Assembly (NCBI GenBank): GCA_036494675.1
Contig: DASXOA010000078.1
Location: forward strand, 797-64,796
DNA: 64,000 nucleotides
Direction of reading: 5' to 3'
Source: Rugosimonospora sp.
GTDB lineage: Bacteria > Actinomycetota > Actinomycetes > Mycobacteriales > Micromonosporaceae
Positions within the stretch are counted from its first letter, which is position 1. Every line of letters begins with the position of its first letter. Positions 55,067 through 64,000 of the stretch are shown here, piece after piece. Under the pieces are notes generated by a model that was not told the DNA's origin, did no database searches, and worked only from the letters and a program-made list of their open reading frames with translations. Position numbers and translations under genes: made by a program.

Positions 55067-55342
55067 TCACGCCCCGCAGCCGACCCCGCAGCCGAGCGTG
55101 ACGATCACCGCACTGCCCGGCGCCACGTCGAGGTCCACCGTGCCGCGACGAACCCGGACTCGGCCGGCCCTGCCCGGGTCGAGGCGCCCGGCGCGGTCCA
55201 CCGTCGCGTGCTGGACCGCGACCCCGTCCGCGCTGCCCAGCGCGGTGCCGGTGAGGTGGATGACCGACGCCGTCGCGTTCCGGCCGCCGACGTCGATGCT
55301 GACCGGCACCGCGGCGCCCGAGGTGTCGTCCTTCTCGATCAC
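55067..55342 (-). pseudogene. Possible gene remnant resembling the C-terminal beta-sandwich of a glycoside hydrolase
   Basis: Only about 91 codons are free of overlap with the M36 gene. ...VPVSIDVGGRNATASVIHLTGTALGSADGVAVQHATVD...RRGTVDLDVAPGSAVIVTL looks like a C-terminal domain with no catalytic domain upstream. Confidence 0.3.
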
Positions 55343-55352
55343 CGCGAAACGC

Positions 55353-58271
55353 TCAGCGGGCGAACGCCTGGAACTCCGCCACGCGGACCTGCGCCGCGAA
55401 CGGGCTGCCCGCGGTGCAGTCGGTCGTCGCGGCCGGGTCGTTGTCCTGCTCACCGGCGTAGCGCGGACCGCCGGTGCACTGGCTCGCCAGCACCTCCAGG
55501 CGCAGGTGCGTCGCCCTGGTCGGCTTGATGGTGAAGGAGCGCAGGTTCAACTGCGGCGCGGTCGGCCGGAACGCCCCGGCCGGGAACGCGTCCGGTGCGC
55601 TGCGGTACACCTGGTGGTACGCGGCGTCCGTGGAGCAGTCCGACACGGTCGCGTCGCAGGCGAGGACCGCGAACGAGCGCAGCGCGGAGAACCGGTTCTG
55701 GGTACCGGGATCCGCGTCGCCGGTGATCGCCGGGCGCAACAGCGCGCTGACGTTGACCCGCCGTACCAGTTGCGGCCCCTTGCCGGCCAGCGCCACGGTG
55801 ACCTGCCTGCCCGCCACGCCGTCCAGCGACGCCCAGTCGGTCGCCTCGGTATCGTCCACGAGCTTGTCGAGGTTGACGCCGTCGCCCGAGACCGTCGCGC
55901 CGGACGCGCTCGACGCCAGGTTGCGGGACAGGTCCACCCTCAGGTCCTGCGCCGTGCCGTGGAACGACTGGTGCAACCGCTGCGTCCCGAATCCGGGAGC
56001 CGTGGCGGTCAGGTCGACGTCGGTCCCCGGCACGATCTGGAACGTGTCCGGCAGCGGCGTCGCCGGGTCGGTGTCCGCCACGGGTACCGCGCGGGCCTCG
56101 TAGTCCCCCACGTACAGCCGTACCGGCGCATGGGCGGCGTCGCCCCTGGGCGACAGCGTGACCGTGACGTTCTTCGCGTCCGGAGAGGCGAAGCTCGGCG
56201 TCGGGTCCACATCGTCCGGGCCCGATGCCGCGTCGCGGCCCATGCCGGAGGCCGCGAAGGCGTTCCAGATCAGGGCCTCGTCGGCGCCGTGGAAGCGGGC
56301 CAGGTCGGCGGCGAGCATGTTGTCCCGCATGTCGAGCATGCTGAACCGGCTGTCCGCCTCCAGCAGGAACGAGTCGAACATGAGCTGGATCCAGCGCCGG
56401 TTGCCGGGGCACGCGGTCACCGGAATCGTGCCCTGAGCGCACAGGCGCTGGGTGGCCGCGTTTCCGTCGCCGTACCGCCGGACGAACGCGTCGCGTACCC
56501 GCAGGTTCGTCGCCACCCAGATCTCGCCGTCGGCGTGCACCTCGGGACCGACCAGGTCGAAGCCCACGTCCGAGTAGTTCAGCGGGCTCCGGCTGCCGTC
56601 GTAGTCCCGGATGCCGGTGGTGGTGTTGCCGGTCACGTACGCGCCGACCACGAACGGGGTGGCGCCCGGTGCCCGCAGGCCGTTCTCGGCGAGGTACTCG
56701 ACCGCGGTCAGGTCGCCCCAGGCCTCGCCCATCGCTCCGCCCTGGAACGAGGTGATGCCGGTGTCCGGGCCGGCGATCATCCGGTTGGTGATGGCGTGCG
56801 TGTACTCGTGCCCGATCACCGTCATGTCGTAGTCGCCGTCGACGCACGGCGGGTACGCCGCACCCGCCTGCGGCTGCCACAGGAACATGTTGGTGGTCGG
56901 CGACAGGCCGTCGGCCGGCGTGCCCTGGTTGGCGTTGTTGCGGCTGCCGCTCAGCGCGGCCGACTGCGCCCGGCCCTGCTCGGCGTCGGCGCCCTTGCCG
57001 GCTCCGCTGAGGTTGACCGTCTGGAGGTTCCAGGTCGCCTCGGTGAAGCCCAGGTGGTACGCGAAGTCGTGCATGCTGTTGTGCATCGCGAACAGGTTCG
57101 TGACGGCCGCGTCGGCGTCGTTGCGCTGGGCCGAGGTGAACCCGGCCGGGTCGCACTTCGCGGCGTGCCACTGGTCGGTGAACGGGTACGTGTAGTCGCG
57201 GTCCGGGCTCGGCGTCGCGTTGACGGCCGAGCTTGCCCCGGCCCAGCGGACCACGTCGTTGGACGAGTTGCCGGTCGAGGTGCCGGTCGGCGCGCCGGTG
57301 GCCACGTCGACGTCCCACGCCTGGCCGCTGACCGGGTCGCGGACGGTCTTCACGCAGCCCGGCTGCCAGTGCAGGCACCAGTGCACCCGCGGGTCCGTAC
57401 CGGTGGGGACCACCGGTGGCGCGGTGGCCGGGAACACCGCCCAGGTCGGGTTGTCGGAGTCGAAGTCGACCAGGTCCTCGCGTACCAGTACCGCGCCGCT
57501 GCGCGCGTCGACATAGGTCGTGTACGCCGTGGGGTCCGTGGTGTCCTTGGAGATCAGGGTGACCATGTACGCCGCGCGGGGGCCGGAAAGCGGCGTGGGT
57601 ACCGCCACCTCCCGGGCGTCCGGCGCCTCGATCTGGTCCTTCGTCAGACCGGCATCCGCCAGGGCCGCGCCGAGGGCGTCGGTGGCGGACAGCGTGGCCG
57701 GTGCCGGCGCGCTGGTGTTCCGGGACAGCGACGAGGTCACCCGGATCACCGTGCCGCCGGCGACCAGGATCGAGACCAACCCGTCGTGGCCGGCCGGCAG
57801 GTCGCCGAAGCGCTGGCGCAGCAGGACCACCGAGGCGTCGCCGATCGGCTGGACGAGCAGCGTGTCCATCGTCGCGACGGTCGCCGCGTCGAAGCCGAAC
57901 AGATCATGGTTCTGGCTCAGGTACTGGCGGGCGGCGGTGTCCGGATCGGCGGCCAGGCCGGTCGCCAGCGCCGGAGCCGGGCCGAGCGTCCGCGGGGTGC
58001 CCAGCGTGTTCCACGGCACCGCCCCCAGCCGGCTGGCCATCGCGCGCTGTGTCGCGTCGGGCGCCGCCGTACCGGCGCGGTTGTCCTTGTCCCGCGGCCC
58101 GTGACCCTCGCCGAGTGCCGGCGACGCCGTACCGGACGCCGGACTCGCGGGGGGATCCGCATGGGCCGCCGGGGCGGCGGCGGTCAGGCCGGCCACCACC
58201 ATCACGGCCGCGAGAAGATACCCGGCACCGGATCGGGATCTGCGCCTCATCATCCAGCCGCGCCTGTACAC
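55353..58271 (-). CDS. Secreted M36 (fungalysin-like) zinc metalloprotease with C-terminal accessory domains
   Basis: HEYTHAITNRM followed by GGAMGEAWGD. Signal peptide ...[25 protein letters not shown] 58271 lies 8 nt after AAGGAGG. The C-terminal 300 aa or so are beta-rich (discoidin/CBM-like). Confidence 0.8.
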   Translation of the reverse strand: MYRRGWMMRRRSRSGAGYLLAAVMVVAGLTAAAPAAHADPPASPASGTASPALGEGHGPRDKDNRAGTAAPDATQRAMASRLGAVPWNTLGTPRTLGPAPALATGLAADPDTAARQYLSQNHDLFGFDAATVATMDTLLVQPIGDASVVLLRQRFGDLPAGHDGLVSILVAGGTVIRVTSSLSRNTSAPAPATLSATDALGAALADAGLTKDQIEAPDAREVAVPTPLSGPRAAYMVTLISKDTTDPTAYTTYVDARSGAVLVREDLVDFDSDNPTWAVFPATAPPVVPTGTDPRVHWCLHWQPGCVKTVRDPVSGQAWDVDVATGAPTGTSTGNSSNDVVRWAGASSAVNATPSPDRDYTYPFTDQWHAAKCDPAGFTSAQRNDADAAVTNLFAMHNSMHDFAYHLGFTEATWNLQTVNLSGAGKGADAEQGRAQSAALSGSRNNANQGTPADGLSPTTNMFLWQPQAGAAYPPCVDGDYDMTVIGHEYTHAITNRMIAGPDTGITSFQGGAMGEAWGDLTAVEYLAENGLRAPGATPFVVGAYVTGNTTTGIRDYDGSRSPLNYSDVGFDLVGPEVHADGEIWVATNLRVRDAFVRRYGDGNAATQRLCAQGTIPVTACPGNRRWIQLMFDSFLLEADSRFSMLDMRDNMLAADLARFHGADEALIWNAFAASGMGRDAASGPDDVDPTPSFASPDAKNVTVTLSPRGDAAHAPVRLYVGDYEARAVPVADTDPATPLPDTFQIVPGTDVDLTATAPGFGTQRLHQSFHGTAQDLRVDLSRNLASSASGATVSGDGVNLDKLVDDTEATDWASLDGVAGRQVTVALAGKGPQLVRRVNVSALLRPAITGDADPGTQNRFSALRSFAVLACDATVSDCSTDAAYHQVYRSAPDAFPAGAFRPTAPQLNLRSFTIKPTRATHLRLEVLASQCTGGPRYAGEQDNDPAATTDCTAGSPFAAQVRVAEFQAFAR

Positions 58272-58697
58272 GCAAGCCACCTCCTTGGGGCATCAACCCA
58301 CTGATCGAGCGGATCGAACGGGTAACCGCGCCGGTGTGCCGGCGCAGTGGGACGAGGTTCGACACGGATGAGCCCGGCCGGGAGGCCGCATTCAATAGAT
58401 CAATCTGAATACTCAGGTTCGTGAGTCCGTGGATAACAGATCGGGGCCGCCCGGCGCAAGAAGGAACGGGCCCAACAGCGCAATCGGTCCGACCGACCTC
58501 CAGTGTTCGTCAAGAAACGTCCGCACATCCTTGCCGGCCATCCGGTTCTCCCTACGGTTATGGCCACGCGATCCACGGCCTGTCGTGCCCTGGCCGCCGG
58601 CGCTGCGGCCACCGCACCGCGCCACCAGGCGAGGCCGGGGCGCGCGGGCCGGGTCGTGGGCCAGTTGGTGATGACTCAACGAACGGTGGGATGAACC

Positions 58698-59933
58698 GTG
58701 AAGACACGATTGATGCGCAGCGCGGCCGTGGCGTCAGTGTTGATGTTGGTCGCAGCCGGCTGCGGCTCGAAGGGCGAGGCGACGAACTCCGCGGGCAAGA
58801 CCGGCACCCTGACCGTCGGCGCCTCCCTGTCGCTGACCGGGTCGCTGGCGCGTGAGGGGACGCTGACCAAGGAGGGCTACGAGGTCTGCCAGGACGTGGT
58901 GAACTCCAAGGGCGGGGTCAGCGTCGGCGGGAAGAAACTGACGCTGCAGATCCAGTACCAGGACGACACGTCCGCGCCCGACACCGCCGGGCAACTGGTG
59001 GACCAGTTCAACGACAAGGGGGTACGGCTGATCCTCGGGCCGTACGGGTCGGCGACCACGGCGTCGACCGCGGCGGTGGTGGAGCGCAACGGGCAGGTCA
59101 TGGTGGACAGCTCCGGCGCCGACGACAGCATCTTCACCAAGGGCTACAAGCGCACGTTCGCGGTCCTCGCGCCGGCGACCGAGTACGCGGCGAGCATGGT
59201 CCAGGCGATCTACGACCTGGCCAACCCCCGGCCCAGGACGCTGGCGTTCGTCTCCGCCGACGACGGCTTCTCCAAGACCGCCACCCAGGGCGGCGTCGAC
59301 AAGGCCAAGCAGCTCGGCTTCACGGTGGTCGACACCGAGTACGTGCCCAACGGCACCTCGGACGTCTCCGCCGCCCTGACCAAGCTGAAGGGAAAGAACC
59401 CGGACGTCATCCTGGGCTCGGCGCACCTGGCCGAGGGCGTGGCCATCGTCAAGCAGAGCAAGGAACTGGGTGTCACGCCGCCCGGCGGGTTCGCCGAGAC
59501 CGTGGCGCCACCGACCCCGGACTTCGTGCAGACGCTGGGACCGGCCGCCAACGGGGTGCTCGGGTCGACCCAGTGGACGGTGAAGACCAAGGGTTCGGAC
59601 AGCTGGTTCGGTAGCGCGCCCGACTACGCCGCCACGTTCAAGGCGAAGTTCAGCGGCCGGGACCCCGAGTACCACGGCGCCGAGGCCACCGCCGCATGCC
59701 TGGTACTGGTACTGGGGGTGCAGAAGGCCGGCTCGACGGATCCGGACAAGGTGCGCGACGCGATCGCCGGGCTGGACGAGCAGAGCTTCTTCGGGCCGCT
59801 GAAGTTCAGCCCGAACGGCGAGAACCTCACCAAGGCCATGGCGGTCATCCAGATCCAGAACGGCAAGCCGGTCACGGTGTGGCCGAAGGACTCCTCCGAG
59901 GCCGCGATGACGTGGCCCGGGACGGCGTCATGA
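58698..59933 (+). CDS. ABC transporter substrate-binding lipoprotein (LivJ/branched-chain amino acid type)
   Basis: Lipobox LVAAGC and a type-I periplasmic binding fold pattern (GASLSLTGSLA..., GPYGSATT). Confidence 0.85.
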   Translation: MKTRLMRSAAVASVLMLVAAGCGSKGEATNSAGKTGTLTVGASLSLTGSLAREGTLTKEGYEVCQDVVNSKGGVSVGGKKLTLQIQYQDDTSAPDTAGQLVDQFNDKGVRLILGPYGSATTASTAAVVERNGQVMVDSSGADDSIFTKGYKRTFAVLAPATEYAASMVQAIYDLANPRPRTLAFVSADDGFSKTATQGGVDKAKQLGFTVVDTEYVPNGTSDVSAALTKLKGKNPDVILGSAHLAEGVAIVKQSKELGVTPPGGFAETVAPPTPDFVQTLGPAANGVLGSTQWTVKTKGSDSWFGSAPDYAATFKAKFSGRDPEYHGAEATAACLVLVLGVQKAGSTDPDKVRDAIAGLDEQSFFGPLKFSPNGENLTKAMAVIQIQNGKPVTVWPKDSSEAAMTWPGTAS

Positions 59934-60817
59934 GCCAATTCCTCCAGGCGACCCTGTACGGGTTGCTCCAGGGCGGGGTCTTCGCCCTGGTGGCGGTGGG
60001 CTTCTCGCTCGTCTGGGGGGTGATGAACGTGGTCAACCTGGCGCACGGCGCGTTCGTGGTGGCCGGCGCCTACGTGGCCTTCGAGCTGCACTCCTGGATC
60101 GGAATCGACCCGTTCCTGGCCGTACCGGTGGTGGCGGCGGTGCTGTTCGCCATCGGATACCTGGTGCAGCGGTACCTGGTCAACCTGGTGATCAACGCGC
60201 CGGTCTTCATCACGCTCCTGCTCACGTTCGGACTCCAACTGGTCATCGTCAACGGAATGATCATGCTGTTCACCGCGAACTACCGCTCGATCCCCACCGC
60301 GTACGCCACCACATCGCTCGCCCTGCCGGGCGACGTCCGGCTGCCAGTGGGCCGGCTGATGGCCGCGCTGCTGGCGGTCGGGCTCACCCTGGCCCTCGGG
60401 TACCTGATGCGCCACACCCGGGTGGGGCTGGCCATCCTGGCCACCGGGATGGACCGGGGCGCCGCGCGGCTGATGGGCATCAAGGCCGCGCACGTCTACG
60501 CGCTGACGTTCGGCCTGGCCGTCGCGATGGCCGGCGTCGCGGGCGCCGCGGTGGGAGCGATCGGCACGTTCTCCCCCGCCGACGCGGGGCGGTTCACGGT
60601 GTTCAGCTTCGTCGCCGCGGTACTCGGCGGGCTCGGCACGATGTCGGGTGCCCTGTACGGGGGTCTGCTGCTCGGCCTGGCCGAGGCGTGGGGCGGGCAA
60701 CTGCTGCCCGGGACGCTGGTCAACGCCGTGGCATTCGCCGTACTCGTGGTGGTGCTCGCGGTACGGCCGCAGGGGCTGGCCGGACGCTCCTTCTACGCGG
60801 CCAGGGTCGAGGTGTGA
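59930..60817 (+). CDS. Branched-chain amino acid ABC permease (LivH-like)
   Basis: MSQFLQATLYGLLQGGVFALVAVGFSLVWGVMNVVNLAHG... ATG overlaps the upstream stop codon (ATGA). Confidence 0.85.
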   Translation: MSQFLQATLYGLLQGGVFALVAVGFSLVWGVMNVVNLAHGAFVVAGAYVAFELHSWIGIDPFLAVPVVAAVLFAIGYLVQRYLVNLVINAPVFITLLLTFGLQLVIVNGMIMLFTANYRSIPTAYATTSLALPGDVRLPVGRLMAALLAVGLTLALGYLMRHTRVGLAILATGMDRGAARLMGIKAAHVYALTFGLAVAMAGVAGAAVGAIGTFSPADAGRFTVFSFVAAVLGGLGTMSGALYGGLLLGLAEAWGGQLLPGTLVNAVAFAVLVVVLAVRPQGLAGRSFYAARVEV

Positions 60818-61884
60818 CCGGGGTGCCCGCAGCGGACACGGCCGCGCCGGCCACGGGATCGCCGGCGCGGCCGGCCGGGCCGTCACCGGGGCTGCTGCCG
60901 CCCCGGTGGCGGCGGGTGGCGCCGTGGCTGCTCCTGATCGCCGGGGTGCTCGCCGGATTCGGCCTGCAGACGCAGCTGTACACCGGGCAGGAACGCACCG
61001 CCAGCACCATCCTGATGTTCGTGTCGCTGGCCGTGGCCTGGAACCTCATCGGCGGCTACGCCGGGTACGCGTGCTTCGGCCAGGTCGGATTCTTCGGCCT
61101 CGGCGGGTACAGCACGGCGGTGCTGATGACGCACGTGCACCTGTCGTTCTGGCTGGCGCTGCCGGCCTCGGCGCTGCTGGTCGGCGCGTTCGCGGCGCTG
61201 ATCGGCGCACCGCTGCTGCGGCTGCGCGGCCACTACTTCGCCGTGGCGATGCTCGGGGTTGCCGAGGGGCTGCGGGAGGTCGTCACGAACGTACCGGGGC
61301 TGACCGGGGGCGGCGCCGGCATCACCGTACCCACGGTCGACGCCGGTGCGCCCACCCGCTGGTTGGGCAACGACGGCTTCTACATCCTGTTCCTGGTACT
61401 GGCCGGGATCCTGGTCGGCGTCGGGCTGCTGGTGTCCACCTCCCGGGCCGGGTACGCCCTGCGCGCGATCAACCAGGACGAGGACGCCGCGGCGGCGATG
61501 GGCATCAACACCACCGTGGTCAAGACGATGACACTGGCCGTTTCCGCCGCGTTGACGGGGGCGGTCGGCGCGGCCTATGCCTTCCAGCAGGTCACCATCT
61601 ACCCGGAGCGGCTGTTCGACGTGGACATCACGGTGCTGATGGTGGTCATGGTGGTGCTGGGCGGCGCCGGTACCGTCATCGGTCCGGTCATCGGCGCGGT
61701 CGCCGTCGCCTTCGCCTCCGAGTGGCTGCGGCAGAACTACCCGATGGTGCACACCTTCCTGCTCGGCGGGCTCATCATCGCGGCGGTCATCCTGCTGCCG
61801 CAGGGCTTCACCACCTACGTGCACGACGCGGTACGCACCCGCCGGTTCTCGCCGCTGGCCAACCTCCGGAGGTACCGGCTGTGA
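60814..61884 (+). CDS. Branched-chain amino acid ABC permease (LivM-like)
   Basis: NLIGGYAGYACFGQVGFFGLGGY...LRGHYFAVAMLG...RAINQDEDAAAAMGIN. GTG 60814 overlaps the upstream stop codon. Confidence 0.85.
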   Translation: MTGVPAADTAAPATGSPARPAGPSPGLLPPRWRRVAPWLLLIAGVLAGFGLQTQLYTGQERTASTILMFVSLAVAWNLIGGYAGYACFGQVGFFGLGGYSTAVLMTHVHLSFWLALPASALLVGAFAALIGAPLLRLRGHYFAVAMLGVAEGLREVVTNVPGLTGGGAGITVPTVDAGAPTRWLGNDGFYILFLVLAGILVGVGLLVSTSRAGYALRAINQDEDAAAAMGINTTVVKTMTLAVSAALTGAVGAAYAFQQVTIYPERLFDVDITVLMVVMVVLGGAGTVIGPVIGAVAVAFASEWLRQNYPMVHTFLLGGLIIAAVILLPQGFTTYVHDAVRTRRFSPLANLRRYRL

Positions 61885-62711
61885 CCGCGCCCGTCCTCCA
61901 GGCCCGCGGGCTGTCCCGGCGCTTCGGCGGCCTGCACGCCACCCACGCGGTCGACCTCGACCTGTACTCCGGACAGATCCTCGGCGTCATCGGCCCCAAC
62001 GGCGCCGGCAAGTCCACCCTCATCAACCTGCTGACCGGGCACCTGCGGCCGCACGCCGGCACGGTGCTGCTCGACGGGCGGGACGTGACCGGTGCCCGGC
62101 CGTGGCACATCGCCCAGGCCGGGGTGGCCCGCACGTTCCAGATCGTCAAACCGTTCCGGGGCATGACAGTGGCCGACAACGTGGTCGTCGCCGGGCTCTA
62201 CGGCGCGCGGTCCCCGGGTGCGCCGGAGTCCGGGACTCTGCATCTCGGGGCGCTGCGGCTCGGCGCCGGCCGGCGCGGCCTGGCCGCCGTGCGCCGCGAC
62301 GCGCTGGAGACCCTGGAACGGGTGGGACTGGCCGGCAAGGCGCACCTCGCCCCCGCCGAACTGTCGGTGGCCGACGCGCGACGGCTGGAGCTTGCCAAGG
62401 CGCTCGGCCTGCGTCCCCGGGTGCTGTTGCTGGACGAGGTCCTCGCCGGGCTGCGCCCCGGCGAGATCTCCCCGGCGCTGGAGCTGATCGACTCACTGCG
62501 CCGCGACGGCCTGGCGCTGCTCATGGTCGAGCACGTCATGAGTGCCATCTCCGCGGTCTGCGACCGGGTTCTCGTCCTGCACCAGGGCGAGGTGCTGACC
62601 ACGGGCGAGCCCGCCGCGGTGCTGTCCGACGAACGGGTCATCGCCGTGTACCTCGGCACCCGGTTCGCCAAGCGGTCGAGCACCGCCGAATCCGAGGGGG
62701 AGCCGACGTGA
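61881..62711 (+). CDS. ABC ATP-binding protein (LivG-like)
   Basis: GPNGAGKSTL plus the LivG-type insert. GTG overlaps the upstream stop codon (GTGA). Confidence 0.9.
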   Translation: MTAPVLQARGLSRRFGGLHATHAVDLDLYSGQILGVIGPNGAGKSTLINLLTGHLRPHAGTVLLDGRDVTGARPWHIAQAGVARTFQIVKPFRGMTVADNVVVAGLYGARSPGAPESGTLHLGALRLGAGRRGLAAVRRDALETLERVGLAGKAHLAPAELSVADARRLELAKALGLRPRVLLLDEVLAGLRPGEISPALELIDSLRRDGLALLMVEHVMSAISAVCDRVLVLHQGEVLTTGEPAAVLSDERVIAVYLGTRFAKRSSTAESEGEPT

Positions 62712-63463
62712 TCCACCGGAAGCGGCCGCCTGACCGCGACGCCTCGTCCCTCGGCGCCGCTGGCGACCGTAGAACCTTCACCCTCGACGGCATCAGCGCG
62801 GGCTACGGCCGGGTCCTGGTGCTGCACGGCGTCACCGTCACCGTGGCGCACGGCGAGATCGTGGCGCTGGTCGGTCCCAACGGCGCCGGCAAGTCGACGC
62901 TGCTGCGCGTGGCCTCGGGCATGGTACGGGCGAGCCAGGGCAGCGTACGCATCGACGACCGCAGCCTCGACGGTGCCTCGATCGAGCAGATCGCCCGGGC
63001 CGGGGTGGCACACGTACCCGAGGGGCGGCGCCTGTTCCCCGGCCTGACCGTACGGGACAACCTGCGGCTGGGCGGATGGCAGAACCGCAACCGCGACCTG
63101 GAACCGGTACTGGCCCTGTTCCCCCGGCTGGCCGACCGCCTCCGCCAGGTCGCCGGCTCCCTGTCCGGTGGCGAGCAGCAGATGTGCGCGATCGCGAGGG
63201 CACTGATGAGCCAGCCGCGGTTCCTGCTCATCGATGAGCTCTCTCTCGGCCTGGCGCCGGTACTCGTCGACGAGATCATGGCGCGCCTGCGCACCATCGC
63301 CGCCACGGGCACCGGGATCCTGCTGGTCGAGCAGGACGCCGGTGCCGCCCTGGAGCTGGCGGCCCGCGGGTACGTGCTGGAGAACGGCGCGATCGCGCTG
63401 GAGGGTCCGGCCGCCGAACTGGTCGGCAACGCCCGGGTGCGCGCCGCCTACCTCGGCATCTGA
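62708..63463 (+). CDS. ABC ATP-binding protein (LivF-like)
   Basis: GPNGAGKSTL, LSGGEQQM, LLIDELSLGLAP. GTG overlaps the upstream stop codon (GTGA). Confidence 0.9.
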   Translation: MIHRKRPPDRDASSLGAAGDRRTFTLDGISAGYGRVLVLHGVTVTVAHGEIVALVGPNGAGKSTLLRVASGMVRASQGSVRIDDRSLDGASIEQIARAGVAHVPEGRRLFPGLTVRDNLRLGGWQNRNRDLEPVLALFPRLADRLRQVAGSLSGGEQQMCAIARALMSQPRFLLIDELSLGLAPVLVDEIMARLRTIAATGTGILLVEQDAGAALELAARGYVLENGAIALEGPAAELVGNARVRAAYLGI

Positions 63464-63616
63464 GCGGCCGTCCGCCACTCCGGTCGGCGGCCGCCGGCCA
63501 CCCCCTCCGGGCGGCCGGCGTGACCGTGGACGGCAGCCGACCGGCCGCCGCAGACTTGCGTGATTCTTGCGGTTACGCCCCTGATGCCGGCCACAGCGCG
63601 CGCCTATGCTGCCGCT

Positions 63617-64000
63617 ATGCGGGTGCTGCTGGTCGAGGACGACATCCGGGTGGCCGGCGCACTGCACACCGCCCTGCGCCGTCGCGGCTACGACCTGCTG
63701 CACGCGTACAACGCCGCGGAGGCGCTGGCCGCACCCGGAGTCGACCTCGTCCTGCTCGACCTCGGGCTGCCCGACCGCGACGGCATGGAGGTCTGCCGCG
63801 AGCTGCGCCGCCGCGGCGACGTGGCCATCATCGCGGTCACCGCACGGTCCGACGAACGCGACCGGGTCGCGGGGTTGCGCGTCGGCGCGGACGACTACAT
63901 CGTCAAGCCGTTCGGCATGGCCGAACTCCAGGCACGCATCGAGGCGGTGATGCGCCGCGCCGCGCGGACCGTGCCACAGCGGGGAATCGTGCACGCCGGC
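63617..64000 (+). CDS. OmpR-family response regulator (receiver domain; 3' end off the window)
   Basis: Manual translation from ATG 63617 gives MRVLLVEDDIRVAGALHTALRRRGYDLLHAYNAAEALAAPGVDLVLLDLGLPDRDGMEVCRELRRRGDVAIIAVTARSDERDRVAGLRVGADDYIVKPFGMAELQARI... Confidence 0.85.
   Translation, partial: MRVLLVEDDIRVAGALHTALRRRGYDLLHAYNAAEALAAPGVDLVLLDLGLPDRDGMEVCRELRRRGDVAIIAVTARSDERDRVAGLRVGADDYIVKPFGMAELQARIEAVMRRAARTVPQRGIVHAG

Noticed and set aside
58248-58280. Alternative starts for the M36 protease: GTG 58280, or the ATG ATG pair at 58253/58250. I also considered a Tat signal because of the RRRSRS sequence.
   Set aside because: GTG 58280 directly abuts the AAGGAGG with zero spacing, and the ATGs lie 26 nt or more from it. 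GTG 58271 has an 8-nt spacing. The RRRSRSG sequence does not fit the S/T-R-R-x-F-L-K Tat consensus well enough to claim Tat export.

Overview
High-GC (roughly 70% or more) actinobacterial chromosome segment; the gene content and protein sequences look Micromonosporaceae- or Actinoplanes-like, but the genus cannot be fixed from sequence alone. The backbone is the Pup-proteasome/Tat neighbourhood, read on the minus strand: arc(mpa) ... dop-pup-prcB-prcA ... pafA ... pafB-pafC-tatA-tatC. The two variable gaps in this backbone are filled with cell-envelope glycan genes. (1) prcA-pafA gap, about 14 kb: a dTDP-L-rhamnose block (rmlA, rmlC, rmlB, rmlD) with a methyltransferase, a GT2, a DUF2304-like protein, a flippase-like protein and three very large polytopic membrane proteins. 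(2) arc-dop gap, about 18 kb: an amino-sugar island. It holds a WecE-type 4-aminotransferase, a GtrA-like protein, an ArnC/GtrB-like GT2, a zinc-ribbon methyltransferase, four large GT-C-like membrane proteins, a PseH-like GNAT, and a tightly coupled ACP-SDR-adenylase-LuxE-LuxC cassette. That cassette combined with the lipid-carrier glycosylation logic is the most likely undescribed system here. The large membrane proteins form three paralogous pairs. pafA and dop each sit directly downstream of glycan genes on the same strand (25-nt and 90-nt gaps). The right third of the window is housekeeping or accessory: ferredoxin, TrmI, M50 protease, RecB-like nuclease, an orphan LuxR-type response regulator, a MacB/FtsX-type ABC exporter, a HAD hydrolase, mscL, a secreted M36 (fungalysin-like) metalloprotease, a Liv-type ABC importer and a partial OmpR-type regulator. 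I found no tRNA, rRNA, CRISPR array, transposase or integrase. All calls come from reading the ORF translations and DNA by eye; no database search was run.
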